A stretch of 52,126 bases of DNA, taken from positions 1-52,126 of the IMG/VR virus record IMGVR_UViG_3300019876_000001; one strand, written 5' to 3'. This document shows, one piece after another, positions 19,780-27,599 of the stretch. Position 1 is the stretch's first letter. Every line of letters starts with the position of its first letter. The notes under the pieces were generated by a model, which had not been told where the DNA came from, searched no databases, and worked only from the letters and a program-made list of their open reading frames with translations. The DNA is from a virus. Its lineage: Duplodnaviria; Caudoviricetes. A program made the translations under genes and the position numbers.

Positions 19780-19957
19780 TGTAGTATCTCCTTATCTCTG
19801 TCATAGAACCCAGGATCACTTCCACAAAACGATCTATGTTCTTTAGCGCAGGCGGCAGTGATTTCAACAGTGCCTGTTCGGCTTCAGCGAACTCGGCCTC
19901 TTCCTCTTCCTCGAAGAACCGACCATCATCTGTTAGATATCCTGATGTCTTCTTCAT
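19481..19957 (-). CDS. Hypothetical protein overlapping the nuclease 5' end
   Basis: ATG just after the palindrome; GYLTDDGRFFEEEEEA N-terminus resembles phage proteins. Confidence 0.55.
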   Translation of the reverse strand: MKKTSGYLTDDGRFFEEEEEAEFAEAEQALLKSLPPALKNIDRFVEVILGSMTEIRRYYNAYSAINRNGVATRDDPEPDGGDSEWQRDNRTEEVRGDLDQEDDRPAEEDAEGVLELPPGVREPMPDVGRHIQPTKIRQQRPIHGARGRRGNASGVRDD

Positions 19958-19973
19958 TGTGTGACTCACACGG

Positions 19974-20282
19974 TTAGTGTTTCTCTGGCTTGTTCACAAC
20001 ACTCTCAACGTCAACGCCATCAACGTTCTGGCCACGGGCCAACTGCTGCATTCGCCTATTGTTAGCTTCACTCAACTCGACAAATCCTTGCATCGAGTTG
20101 GCCATAGACAGGACCACCTTCGCCGTCTCCTCGTTGCTCTTGAGTACATCGCCAAGTCGCTCATAGAGCATGGCAAAGAAGTACTTAACTTGAGGGTCCA
20201 TGTCGGTCTTATTGAGTTCACGCATGAATTCGTTGAATGTTGCACTAGCCATCTTTCTGCTCTCCTTGCTTGGCTTCAACAA
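19974..20282 (-). CDS. Hypothetical helical protein
   Basis: 102-aa ORF within the early gene run. Confidence 0.6.
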   Translation of the reverse strand: MLKPSKESRKMASATFNEFMRELNKTDMDPQVKYFFAMLYERLGDVLKSNEETAKVVLSMANSMQGFVELSEANNRRMQQLARGQNVDGVDVESVVNKPEKH

Positions 20283-20430
20283 CGCCCTCGACTAGCTTTC
20301 GCATGTACTGTGACTTTGACATACCGGCCTTCTTACATACTGCTTCAAACGCAGCGAATATGTCCATCGGCAATTCTGTAGTCACGTTTCGCTTTAGGCT
20401 ATTGGTCTTCTCTCGATGTGTCACTGGCAT
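20245..20430 (-). CDS. CopG-like ribbon-helix-helix protein
   Basis: NVTTELP.DIFAAFEAVCKKAGMSKSQYMRKLV; GGAGG RBS. Confidence 0.7.
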   Translation of the reverse strand: MPVTHREKTNSLKRNVTTELPMDIFAAFEAVCKKAGMSKSQYMRKLVEGVVEAKQGEQKDG

Positions 20431-20742
20431 CTATTCCTCCTCTACATCCTCGTACTCTTCACCTGTCGTATCGAATTCATGCTTCAGCTGCTCTATCTTA
20501 GCGAGCCTCTCAGTCACCTTAATCTCAGCGGCCTCTAGCTTGTCTATCTCCTTCTCTAGCATATCCAGTTCACGTTGTATCCTATCACCAAGCTTGGTCT
20601 GCCTAAGCTCTACCTTCCTATTCTTGGTCTGGAAGAACTCAAGTGTGGCAACCATACGCTTGGCTCTAACTGTCTCCAGATATGCTTCAACCTCATCGCG
20701 ACTGAGGTCATCCAGTGTCGGCATGAGTACTAACTTAGGCAT
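20431..20742 (-). CDS. Coiled-coil hypothetical protein
   Basis: ATG immediately after the palindrome; heptad pattern. Confidence 0.65.
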   Translation of the reverse strand: MPKLVLMPTLDDLSRDEVEAYLETVRAKRMVATLEFFQTKNRKVELRQTKLGDRIQRELDMLEKEIDKLEAAEIKVTERLAKIEQLKHEFDTTGEEYEDVEEE

Positions 20743-20750
20743 TGTGTGAC

Positions 20751-20960
20751 TCACACAGGTTTGAAGCCAGTCAACTCTTTATGTGCATTAACATCATATG
20801 TGAGATAGTGCTTATCGTTAGAACAATCCACATACAACGCCCCATCGTTAGGGTCCTGCTTAACCTCCAACACCTCACCTTTGTGTAGACAAACCCCTGC
20901 GTGCATATTGGTCTCCAAGACTTCCAACTTATCGCCCAGCTTTACGTTCTGGTAGTTCAT
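20751..20960 (-). CDS. Hypothetical protein
   Basis: 69 aa; stop in palindrome. Confidence 0.6.
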   Translation of the reverse strand: MNYQNVKLGDKLEVLETNMHAGVCLHKGEVLEVKQDPNDGALYVDCSNDKHYLTYDVNAHKELTGFKPV

Positions 20961-20963
20961 GGC

Positions 20964-21212
20964 TCATTCCTTTCCTGCATATGGGATCAACTTCTTTTTC
21001 TGTTTGTTGTAGCCGTCCCTAAAGTTAGCGACACTGCCCAACTTACCCCTTCTAGCGACACCTGACTTCGCCATCTTACTGTAGATATAGCTTTTGCTTA
21101 TACCCCACTTTACGGCTATGTCCTTTGTCCTCATGCCAGCGATATAGTCCCTCAACGCGCATTCATACGTTTCCTTCGATACCCTATCCTCTCTCCTACG
21201 ATTGCGTGTCAT
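20964..21212 (-). CDS. Helix-turn-helix protein
   Basis: YIAGMRTKDIAVKWGISKSYIY HTH pattern. Confidence 0.7.
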   Translation of the reverse strand: MTRNRRREDRVSKETYECALRDYIAGMRTKDIAVKWGISKSYIYSKMAKSGVARRGKLGSVANFRDGYNKQKKKLIPYAGKE

Positions 21213-21213
21213 C

Positions 21214-21651
21214 TCAACGCTCCAATATCTTCACAGTCCTTCGGGCGCTCTTCGGCACCTTGGCCTTCTCTATAAAATCCATCGCAATAGGGACAGGCAC
21301 CTTGAACTTAGACTGAGCCAAACTACTGGCCAATGTCGGCTCATCAAAGTACCTCACCTTAGCTGATACGTTTACAGTACATACAAACTTAGGGCTCTCA
21401 CCCAGGGTAAAGTCACCAGCCTCCTCCTCATCTTTTGGGTTCTTGACAATGCCCTCTTTGACCATCCTATTGAATGCGGCCTCTTTAGCCTTATCGGCTA
21501 GCTTCTCGACCGTATCCCAAAAGAAGAAACTGCCAAGCTCTAGACCAGTATTCGATCGATCAACTTTCTGGGTCTCCACTAGAAACTTTTGGAACTGCTT
21601 CGCCAACTCGTTCGTTATCGCTACCTTGAAGCTCATCGCTATCTCCATCAA
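21214..21651 (-). CDS. Hypothetical protein
   Basis: 145-aa ORF in the early operon. Confidence 0.65.
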   Translation of the reverse strand: MMEIAMSFKVAITNELAKQFQKFLVETQKVDRSNTGLELGSFFFWDTVEKLADKAKEAAFNRMVKEGIVKNPKDEEEAGDFTLGESPKFVCTVNVSAKVRYFDEPTLASSLAQSKFKVPVPIAMDFIEKAKVPKSARRTVKILER

Positions 21652-21964
21652 TAGGACACCCAGGGACCTTACACACAGGAGGCTTAGTCCTTACATCACA
21701 CATAGGGCATTCTGTGTGACTCACACGGCCTAAGAACATCCCAAGCGCATCATGTAGAGCCTTAGCCTTATCCATTACCTTCGTTACGTTCTTCCTAAAG
21801 TACATATTCTCGTTTTCGTAATCACTAATGGCTAGCTCTATTGTACTAAATCTATTCTTACATCCAAGACACTCCCGCCGACGACGAATGCATCCATTCA
21901 TCGTCGGGCGGGAGTCTGTGACCTTAGTGGCCATATCGCCACAACTGGGACAAGGCAACTTCAT
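21560..21964 (-). CDS. NrdR-type N-terminal zinc-ribbon protein (no ATP cone)
   Basis: CPSCG....KVTDSR.....[18 protein letters not shown]. Confidence 0.75.
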   Translation of the reverse strand: MKLPCPSCGDMATKVTDSRPTMNGCIRRRRECLGCKNRFSTIELAISDYENENMYFRKNVTKVMDKAKALHDALGMFLGRVSHTECPMCDVRTKPPVCKVPGCPIDGDSDELQGSDNERVGEAVPKVSSGDPES

Positions 21965-22249
21965 TTAGAAGAACGCCTTGATCTTCTTAGGTGCATCCTT
22001 CGATGGCGTGTTGGATACTGCATAGGACAACTTGCCCCACTTATGCCCAACAACAATAGACTGCTCACTTACATCAATCTTCAACTTCTCCCCTGCAACC
22101 TTCTTGAACGCTGCATCGAAAGCATCTCGTGCCTTGTTGGCGGTATCCTGGGCAGTACGATACGCCTTATGCAACTTAGCTAACGGCGCAGACAAGTCAT
22201 CTGTATCTACATCAGTCCAATCGAGGTTCTCTTTTGTCTTAAATGCCAT
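21965..22249 (-). CDS. Hypothetical protein
   Basis: AAGGGA RBS before MAFKTK; downstream of the predicted promoter at 22454-22482. Confidence 0.65.
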   Translation of the reverse strand: MAFKTKENLDWTDVDTDDLSAPLAKLHKAYRTAQDTANKARDAFDAAFKKVAGEKLKIDVSEQSIVVGHKWGKLSYAVSNTPSKDAPKKIKAFF

Positions 22250-22453
22250 GGGATAGTCCCTTCTAAGGTTTGACACAACTCGTTAATTTTTTTTTCGCGT
22301 GTGACTCACACAGTCCAGGTCGGGGGGAGGTGTTGGGGAACCTTATGTGGGATACGAGCCTCCCCCCTTCCATCGACGGACCATTACAGCCCGTTTTGCA
22401 TGATATGTCTCCTCTGTTGTCCTGAGTTCTTTGATCTCACACTCTACATCACG

Positions 22454-22482
22454 ATGCTATCACTTTATGATAGCACTGTCAA
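22454..22482 (-). promoter_or_regulatory. sigma70-type promoter overlapped by an inverted repeat
   Basis: Minus strand TTGACA-17 nt-TAGCAT, overlapped by TGCTATCA-N5-TGATAGCA. Confidence 0.7.
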
Positions 22483-22507
22483 GCCCCTGTCACAATGCCG
22501 TCACAAT

Positions 22508-22720
22508 TCAATTTCCCATCCAAACAAGTTCGTCCCGCCTATCAAACCCTGTCATTTTGGCCAACCTATCAGCATATTGTCTAGCGCCTCCAGGGTCAGT
22601 GCTTGAATTCAACATGAACCTGTCTACCTCCTTTCCTGTATCTAAATCGAATGCTACCAATTCTATGGCCCACACTATCGGCCCGTGCGACAACGCTATC
22701 TTGAACTCCATCTGATCCAC
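22508..22720 (-). CDS. Early hypothetical protein
   Basis: 70-aa ORF in a tightly packed run. Confidence 0.55.
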   Translation of the reverse strand: MDQMEFKIALSHGPIVWAIELVAFDLDTGKEVDRFMLNSSTDPGGARQYADRLAKMTGFDRRDELVWMGN

Positions 22721-22723
22721 CTA

Positions 22724-22918
22724 TCATCCAATCTTCCATCCTTGGGTGGCCTCCCATTCCTTATGATCGCGCGCCTCCTGTGAGATCATGTCATCAATCT
22801 CTGCCTTCTTGGCTATGGCCAGCACCTCCGTAACCTTGTGATAAATGAACCATAGAATGACCACTTGTCCGAGCCCTATGGCTATGATCATGAGGAACAA
22901 CGCATCATGTCTAGTCAT
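22724..22918 (-). CDS. Small membrane protein
   Basis: N-terminal TM helix; GGGAG RBS. Confidence 0.6.
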   Translation of the reverse strand: MTRHDALFLMIIAIGLGQVVILWFIYHKVTEVLAIAKKAEIDDMISQEARDHKEWEATQGWKIG

Positions 22919-23009
22919 CGCTTAACTCCCAGGACAGTGTGAAATCGTCATGGAAAGTACTATCGCCACACCCGTTAGCAGCCCTAGTATCTCCCAGTAG
23001 TATTTCACA

Positions 23010-23252
23010 TCACACCTCCACTAGACGCACAGCAACAGGACAATCATTATCGAAGCATATCTGCATCCACAGACCAGACGCCCTGACAGCATCCTCCATG
23101 CTTTCAAAGCGCTTCTTAGTACGCCTCCATGTAGTCCTACCCCACTTGCCATCACACGACGCATACTCAAACGTATACCTGACTACCTTATTTGTCTTGT
23201 CCCCATCTGGAGTTATCACGCCAAAATGCTTGTTCGTGTTTGGGTTGATCAT
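23010..23252 (-). CDS. Early hypothetical protein
   Basis: AAGGGAG RBS; 80 aa. Confidence 0.55.
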   Translation of the reverse strand: MINPNTNKHFGVITPDGDKTNKVVRYTFEYASCDGKWGRTTWRRTKKRFESMEDAVRASGLWMQICFDNDCPVAVRLVEV

Positions 23253-23427
23253 TTGACACTCCCTTTGTGTGACTCGCTGCTAACGAATGTCTTCGTGACT
23301 CTGTGTGACTCACACGCTGTTTGCACTTCTCTTCTGCTCTACAGTAGTACTTATGATCAGTCGTCGCCTTGAAGTTGCTCCTGACTAATGAGCCATAGCC
23401 GCACTTATAACAATTCATGACGCCCAT
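23188..23427 (-). CDS. Small Cys-rich hypothetical protein
   Basis: GGAGG RBS; CYKC...C....C; contains the palindrome (RVSHT). Confidence 0.45.
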   Translation of the reverse strand: MGVMNCYKCGYGSLVRSNFKATTDHKYYCRAEEKCKQRVSHTESRRHSLAASHTKGVSNDQPKHEQAFWRDNSRWGQDK

Positions 23428-23431
23428 GGCT

Positions 23432-23722
23432 CTAGTCCCTCCACCTGTTGAACTCTTCTAACGCCTCATCCAAATTCTTGAAGCGCTTACCCCAATGATG
23501 CGCCCTGTCATCTGACTCTTCTAGTGGAGGCGCCCACATGTCAACCTCAAACACGCCAATGGCATCACTTTCTGCTATTGTACACTGATAACCATCCTTA
23601 CGAATGAACGATCTATTTACTTCAGGTATATCTCTAAACTGGAGCTTAGGCATAGTCACCTCCACCCATAGAATAGGAACAATATCATACAAGCCACGAT
23701 AAGGCCCATGATGATATCCCAC
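23432..23722 (-). CDS. Early hypothetical protein
   Basis: 96-aa ORF; alternative start MPKLQF has a GGAGG RBS. Confidence 0.55.
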   Translation of the reverse strand: MGYHHGPYRGLYDIVPILWVEVTMPKLQFRDIPEVNRSFIRKDGYQCTIAESDAIGVFEVDMWAPPLEESDDRAHHWGKRFKNLDEALEEFNRWRD

Positions 23723-23737
23723 ACCAACTTACCCTCG

Positions 23738-24061
23738 CTATTGTCCATTGATTATCTCCACACTTTTGCCCCATACACACCTTTCACCCAACTCTTTCAT
23801 TCCAATCCATCCATTCACATACAAGGCGCCACTCCTATCCAGATACACCTCTAAATCCTCATCTGAACACGCCCTGAGTATCTCTACAAACTCCTTCCTC
23901 CTTGCACTACTACCTTCTAACTTTAACAACTTAATCAACACAACGAACGCGTACTCTAGGCTCCTTCTACTGTGTGACTCACACGCTGCCTCTATGTGTG
24001 TCCTGAGACGCATAAACAGATCATTACGTCGCCTCTCCTGCTCTGTCCTGAGAGATACCAT
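23738..24061 (-). CDS. Early hypothetical protein
   Basis: AGGAGG RBS; contains the palindrome at 23972. Confidence 0.6.
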   Translation of the reverse strand: MVSLRTEQERRRNDLFMRLRTHIEAACESHSRRSLEYAFVVLIKLLKLEGSSARRKEFVEILRACSDEDLEVYLDRSGALYVNGWIGMKELGERCVWGKSVEIINGQ

Positions 24062-24095
24062 GGCGGTCAGCCTCCTGCCCCTGATGTGAGTAGGA

Positions 24096-24125
24096 AAGAT
24101 ATCACATAAAGTAGGGTCGTGTCAA
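24096..24125 (-). promoter_or_regulatory. Putative sigma70 promoter
   Basis: Minus strand TTGACA-18 nt-TATCTT upstream of the 24061 gene. Confidence 0.5.
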
Positions 24126-24139
24126 GTGGCACAAAACTA

Positions 24140-24163
24140 CGGGGTGGCCTAATCGCCACCCCG
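24140..24163. terminator. GC-rich hairpin after the 302-aa gene (terminator-like)
   Basis: CGGGGTGGC-ctaatc-GCCACCCCG abutting the palindrome at 24163; GTTTT follows shortly on the minus strand. Confidence 0.5.
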
Positions 24164-24176
24164 TGTGACTCACACT

Positions 24177-25085
24177 CTAAAGCTTAGCGTCGATTGCATC
24201 CCGAACGCTTTGCAGTATCTCGGTCTGCTTTTCGTTAGGCTTGTCGATCTTATTCACAAAGCTAATGAAAGACTTAGCGATGTCAGCCATGGCAGCAGTA
24301 GGATTAGCGAGTGCCCTAGCGTTGCCTCTGGTGTTGCTTCCCCTATGCACTGTCTTGCCGTGCTTTTCGGCAGCCTTGGCCGCAACAGCAGTGAAACTAG
24401 GCTTTTCTGTCAGTTTCACTTGCTTGTCGCCTGTGCCTACCATCTGCTTTTCATTCAACAAAATGCTAGGCTGGCCAAACTGTGCCTTGATGGCAGGACC
24501 AGTAAGCATCAAGGTACCTGCCTTTTCGTCATACTTCCCATTAATCTTATCCTCAATCATGCCGCAAGCCACTTGCGCGCAACGCTTAAGGCTATGCAGG
24601 AAGTTAGTCCGCACTGTACTCTTGCGCTTGCCTTCTGGTGTGTCCTTTTCCTCCTTAGTACTCAACACCATAGGAGCAACATCCTTAGACCACGCAACCC
24701 TTTTCGCTTCCTGTGGTGTGCCTGCATTCAACACTTGCACCTCCTTAAAGCCTAGGCACAAGCCAAGCACATCATTCAAATAAGCCGCTTGCTGGGCGCC
24801 TTCCTTGCCAAGGAATGACACTGACAAGTCAATACTCTTATCTGCCCGTGCAGCCTTGACAATGCCCATAGTCAGCTTAGACATCAGATCGTACCTTTTC
24901 GCATCGACTTGCCGTAGCGCTGAATTGGCCTGTTCCTCAACTTGCTTAGCCTCGGACAAACCCTTGATAACCATAGGGCCAATGTCCTTACTGATTGCCG
25001 TTGCCTTAATCCTAGGAACAAGCGCAACACTTTCAGACACTTCACTGTCGCCTGACTTAACTTTTGCTTTCTTAGCCATAACCAA
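24177..25085 (-). CDS. Lys/Ala-rich early hypothetical protein
   Basis: 302-aa ORF with AAGGGAG RBS; palindromes on both sides. Confidence 0.75.
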   Translation of the reverse strand: MVMAKKAKVKSGDSEVSESVALVPRIKATAISKDIGPMVIKGLSEAKQVEEQANSALRQVDAKRYDLMSKLTMGIVKAARADKSIDLSVSFLGKEGAQQAAYLNDVLGLCLGFKEVQVLNAGTPQEAKRVAWSKDVAPMVLSTKEEKDTPEGKRKSTVRTNFLHSLKRCAQVACGMIEDKINGKYDEKAGTLMLTGPAIKAQFGQPSILLNEKQMVGTGDKQVKLTEKPSFTAVAAKAAEKHGKTVHRGSNTRGNARALANPTAAMADIAKSFISFVNKIDKPNEKQTEILQSVRDAIDAKL

Positions 25086-25157
25086 TGCTCCCTTAGCGGG
25101 CTTGATTGCCCGTCACTGGCGCTGTGTGACTCACACAGCGCCAGAAACTGACAACCC

Positions 25158-25442
25158 TTACACAGACGTCAACTTAGGCCGCTTCTTTCCCCTGAATTCT
25201 GCGGTCTGGTTTCGTGTCTTCTTTCCCTGCCATCCCTTTTCCTTGACGCATTTGGTTCTGAACTCTTGCCAAGCCTTGGCGCCCTCACCCTTGGCAACGG
25301 CTTTTCTCGCCTCACTTGCTCTCCATTCACTGCCGCAGGCCTTGAGCGCTTCGCTGTAGGTTGTGTTAGCCTGACCGTAAGCAGCACCGATAGACGCCAG
25401 CGCAACAATCGAACCGAGAACGATTGAACGAAAGGAACGCAT
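25158..25442 (-). CDS. Secreted small protein with PsiF-like Cys pair
   Basis: Signal peptide MRSFRSIVLGSIVALASIGAAYG; KACGSEW...WQEFRTKC. Confidence 0.6.
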   Translation of the reverse strand: MRSFRSIVLGSIVALASIGAAYGQANTTYSEALKACGSEWRASEARKAVAKGEGAKAWQEFRTKCVKEKGWQGKKTRNQTAEFRGKKRPKLTSV

Positions 25443-25513
25443 ATCACTTCTCCCTTGATTTGGGCACTATCGCCCGCAATATGCCTATCTCTGACATAGG
25501 CACATTATGCGCG

Positions 25514-25837
25514 CTAGGCTCCTAACTCACTTGCCGGATCGAAATCTCTAGGCCACACAATCACATCGTTACGCTCGACTATTCTATAGTTACCTCTTGG
25601 CCTATTCGCTAGACACGTCTCGTATGCCTCTTTCGCATCTTCTAGCGTCAAGTATGGACTGCTATCGTACCATTGCAAGTCCACACTCCTATACTGTAGC
25701 CAGTATCTTGGAACCATCGGAGTCATTTCCTTCTCCCTTCGTTTCCAACAATCATGTTGTCGCATATCCATTTTGCATTTGCAATCTCTTTTCGTGTGAC
25801 TCACACACTTTTCGATCACGTTATTGTGATCAGACAC
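25514..25837 (-). CDS. Early hypothetical protein (start uncertain)
   Basis: C-terminal YWLQYR...EDAKEAY...YRIVER resembles small early phage proteins. Confidence 0.45.
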   Translation of the reverse strand: MSDHNNVIEKCVSHTKRDCKCKMDMRQHDCWKRREKEMTPMVPRYWLQYRSVDLQWYDSSPYLTLEDAKEAYETCLANRPRGNYRIVERNDVIVWPRDFDPASELGA

Positions 25838-25895
25838 CTCTTTACATTCTCTGTCAACTACTATCTTCGCCTCTGGAACTCACATAGCGGCACTT

Positions 25896-26104
25896 CGATC
25901 TCATATGTTGCCTACGCGATCTCACATATCCTCTATTCGATCTCATGAATTTCTCTCAATTTTATCAATCGATCTCACCAATTCGCTACGCGATCTCACG
26001 TAGCGCCTAACCGATCTCACGAGGCATCTACTTTAATCCTATGCGATCTCACTAGATATTTGCATATGCAACAATCGATCTCATGTAGCGCTCTTTCGAT
26101 CTCA
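25896..26104. repeat. Helically phased array of nine CGATCTCA octamers
   Basis: Starts 25896,25917,25938,25970,25991,26012,26044,26076,26097; spacings 21,21,32,21,21,32,32,21. Confidence 0.9.
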
Positions 26105-26567
26105 CCAAAACCGCTAACTTTTTATCTTGGTCAACATCCCGAGCCGCAGGCACGGAATGTTGCCCATTGCTATCACCTCTCTTGACTCCTAGCGATTGTT
26201 GTGTGAGTCACACACTTTCACTTAGGGAATAGTGCTATCACCAGGCGTGAAAGACTTATACTGATAGCAAAGTGATGCGCCTCGCCTATGATAATTATCA
26301 CCAATCAATTAACGCGCAGTGATTATGCTCGGAGTTAATGTGTATCAATTCTCTTTCACTTCTAGTCGCGTGCCTTTGGCGCATAGTGAATTGACTCTAA
26401 GTACAATCAAATACAACCCCCGATATCCCCCCTTATCCACAACTTGGTAGAATGGTAGGGTTGACTTGCCGGGGGGCTCGCGAAGCGAGACGTGCCACGA
26501 TCGGTTTTAATCGTTCACGTTTTCGTGATGGGTTCGTGATCGGTCCAGTGCACTACTATTGTAAGGC

Positions 26568-26596
26568 TTGACTGTGTGACTCACACGCTCTAGACT
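26568..26596 (+). promoter_or_regulatory. sigma70-type promoter whose spacer contains the palindrome
   Basis: TTGACT-gtgtgactcacacgctc (17 nt)-TAGACT. Confidence 0.65.
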
Positions 26597-26602
26597 CGAT
26601 CC

Positions 26603-26700
26603 ATGCCAAGCTGAGTGATGACCTGTACCATTACTTCAGCCCCCCAACGGCATTAGCCCGTCTCCTCTCCATCGCAAGGTCGAGAGGGACGGGCTTTTTC
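26603..26700 (+). ncRNA. Predicted ~100-nt small RNA
   Basis: Between the promoter and terminator; hairpin GCTGAGTGATG...CATTACTTCAGC; no ORF. Confidence 0.45.
26655..26700 (+). terminator. Rho-independent terminator-like hairpin
   Basis: AGCCCGTC...GACGGGCT followed by TTTT. Confidence 0.6.
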
Positions 26701-26851
26701 TGTGTGAGTCACACGCCAGCGGCAATGTGAGAGGGGTATGGTCAGATTGTAGGTGATATGGGCCTATATCCGCGCCTTCGGCGGTACGGATAGAGGCCCA
26801 AGAGGAGAGAGTGCGGCTTTGGAGGTAACGTGGAACGTTATGGGATGTCAA

Positions 26852-27070
26852 TCAGCGCCAGAACGATACTGAGATTAGTGCTGCGGCCTCTATAAGGGCT
26901 ACATACATCCACCAACGATGTACTGATTGCTTTAAAACGCAGGCAGACTCTATCATTAGCTCGTCAAGGTCTCGTGGTTGTCGATTATCTTCCTTCCAGC
27001 GAGGTACTGCCCACTCTAAATGCTCTGCCAGTGTGATGGGATCGCGCTTTTTGATGATTGGGTCGTACAT
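26852..27070 (-). CDS. Small protein with C-terminal TM helix
   Basis: AGGAGGAG RBS. Confidence 0.6.
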   Translation of the reverse strand: MYDPIIKKRDPITLAEHLEWAVPRWKEDNRQPRDLDELMIESACVLKQSVHRWWMYVALIEAAALISVSFWR

Positions 27071-27160
27071 TTTATCTCCTCCTGTCTAGGTATAGGCCGA
27101 CGATCATCACTAAAATAAGAAATGCGCCGAGAAGTAGGAAGATATCCTGTGCGTATTCGA

Positions 27161-27382
27161 TCATCTGCGCACCGCAACCGGAAGTTGTGGCTCGATTGTG
27201 GGCATAACGTAGTCTTCAGGGGGATAGAACCACCATAAATCGAGCCTGACGTCGTGTTCGAAGGTGCCGGGGCGTCTTTGATTGTGGTATTCGAAGAATT
27301 GTAAGAGTTGTGGACATTCTCGGACCTGTTGGTCCGAGATATATAGCTTATTTCGGCGTTGATGGAAGGGTATGAACGTCAT
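27161..27382 (-). CDS. Hypothetical protein
   Basis: AGGAG RBS; first gene after the leftward promoter. Confidence 0.55.
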   Translation of the reverse strand: MTFIPFHQRRNKLYISDQQVRECPQLLQFFEYHNQRRPGTFEHDVRLDLWWFYPPEDYVMPTIEPQLPVAVRR

Positions 27383-27493
27383 TAGGCCGCACTCCTATGT
27401 GACTCACACGATATATGGGTGAATGTTGTGCTTGCGCACACCATCCACAGCCCCCCATCACGCGGTATATGGCCCTCCGGGGAACGAAGATAG

Positions 27494-27522
27494 ATAATAA
27501 CAGGGTTTTTACCACCTGTCAA
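27494..27522 (-). promoter_or_regulatory. Leftward sigma70 promoter
   Basis: Minus strand TTGACA-17 nt-TATTAT with an upstream T-tract. Confidence 0.75.
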
Positions 27523-27570
27523 GTAAAAAATTCGAGCCATATGTGATGGTGTGTGACTCACACAGCGCCA

Positions 27571-27599
27571 TTGACAGGGATTGGGTAAAGTGGTAAGGT
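27571..27599 (+). promoter_or_regulatory. Rightward sigma70 promoter for packaging/structural genes
   Basis: TTGACA-17 nt-TAAGGT, back-to-back with the leftward promoter. Confidence 0.65.

Noticed and set aside
25829-25857. Leftward promoter at TTGACA (25852-25857)
   Set aside because: No acceptable -10 hexamer at 16-18 nt spacing
25896-26104. CRISPR or mini-CRISPR array
   Set aside because: The repeat is only 8 bp with 13- or 24-bp spacers, too short for CRISPR; no cas operon is present, and the Cas4-like nuclease lies in a typical phage recombination triad
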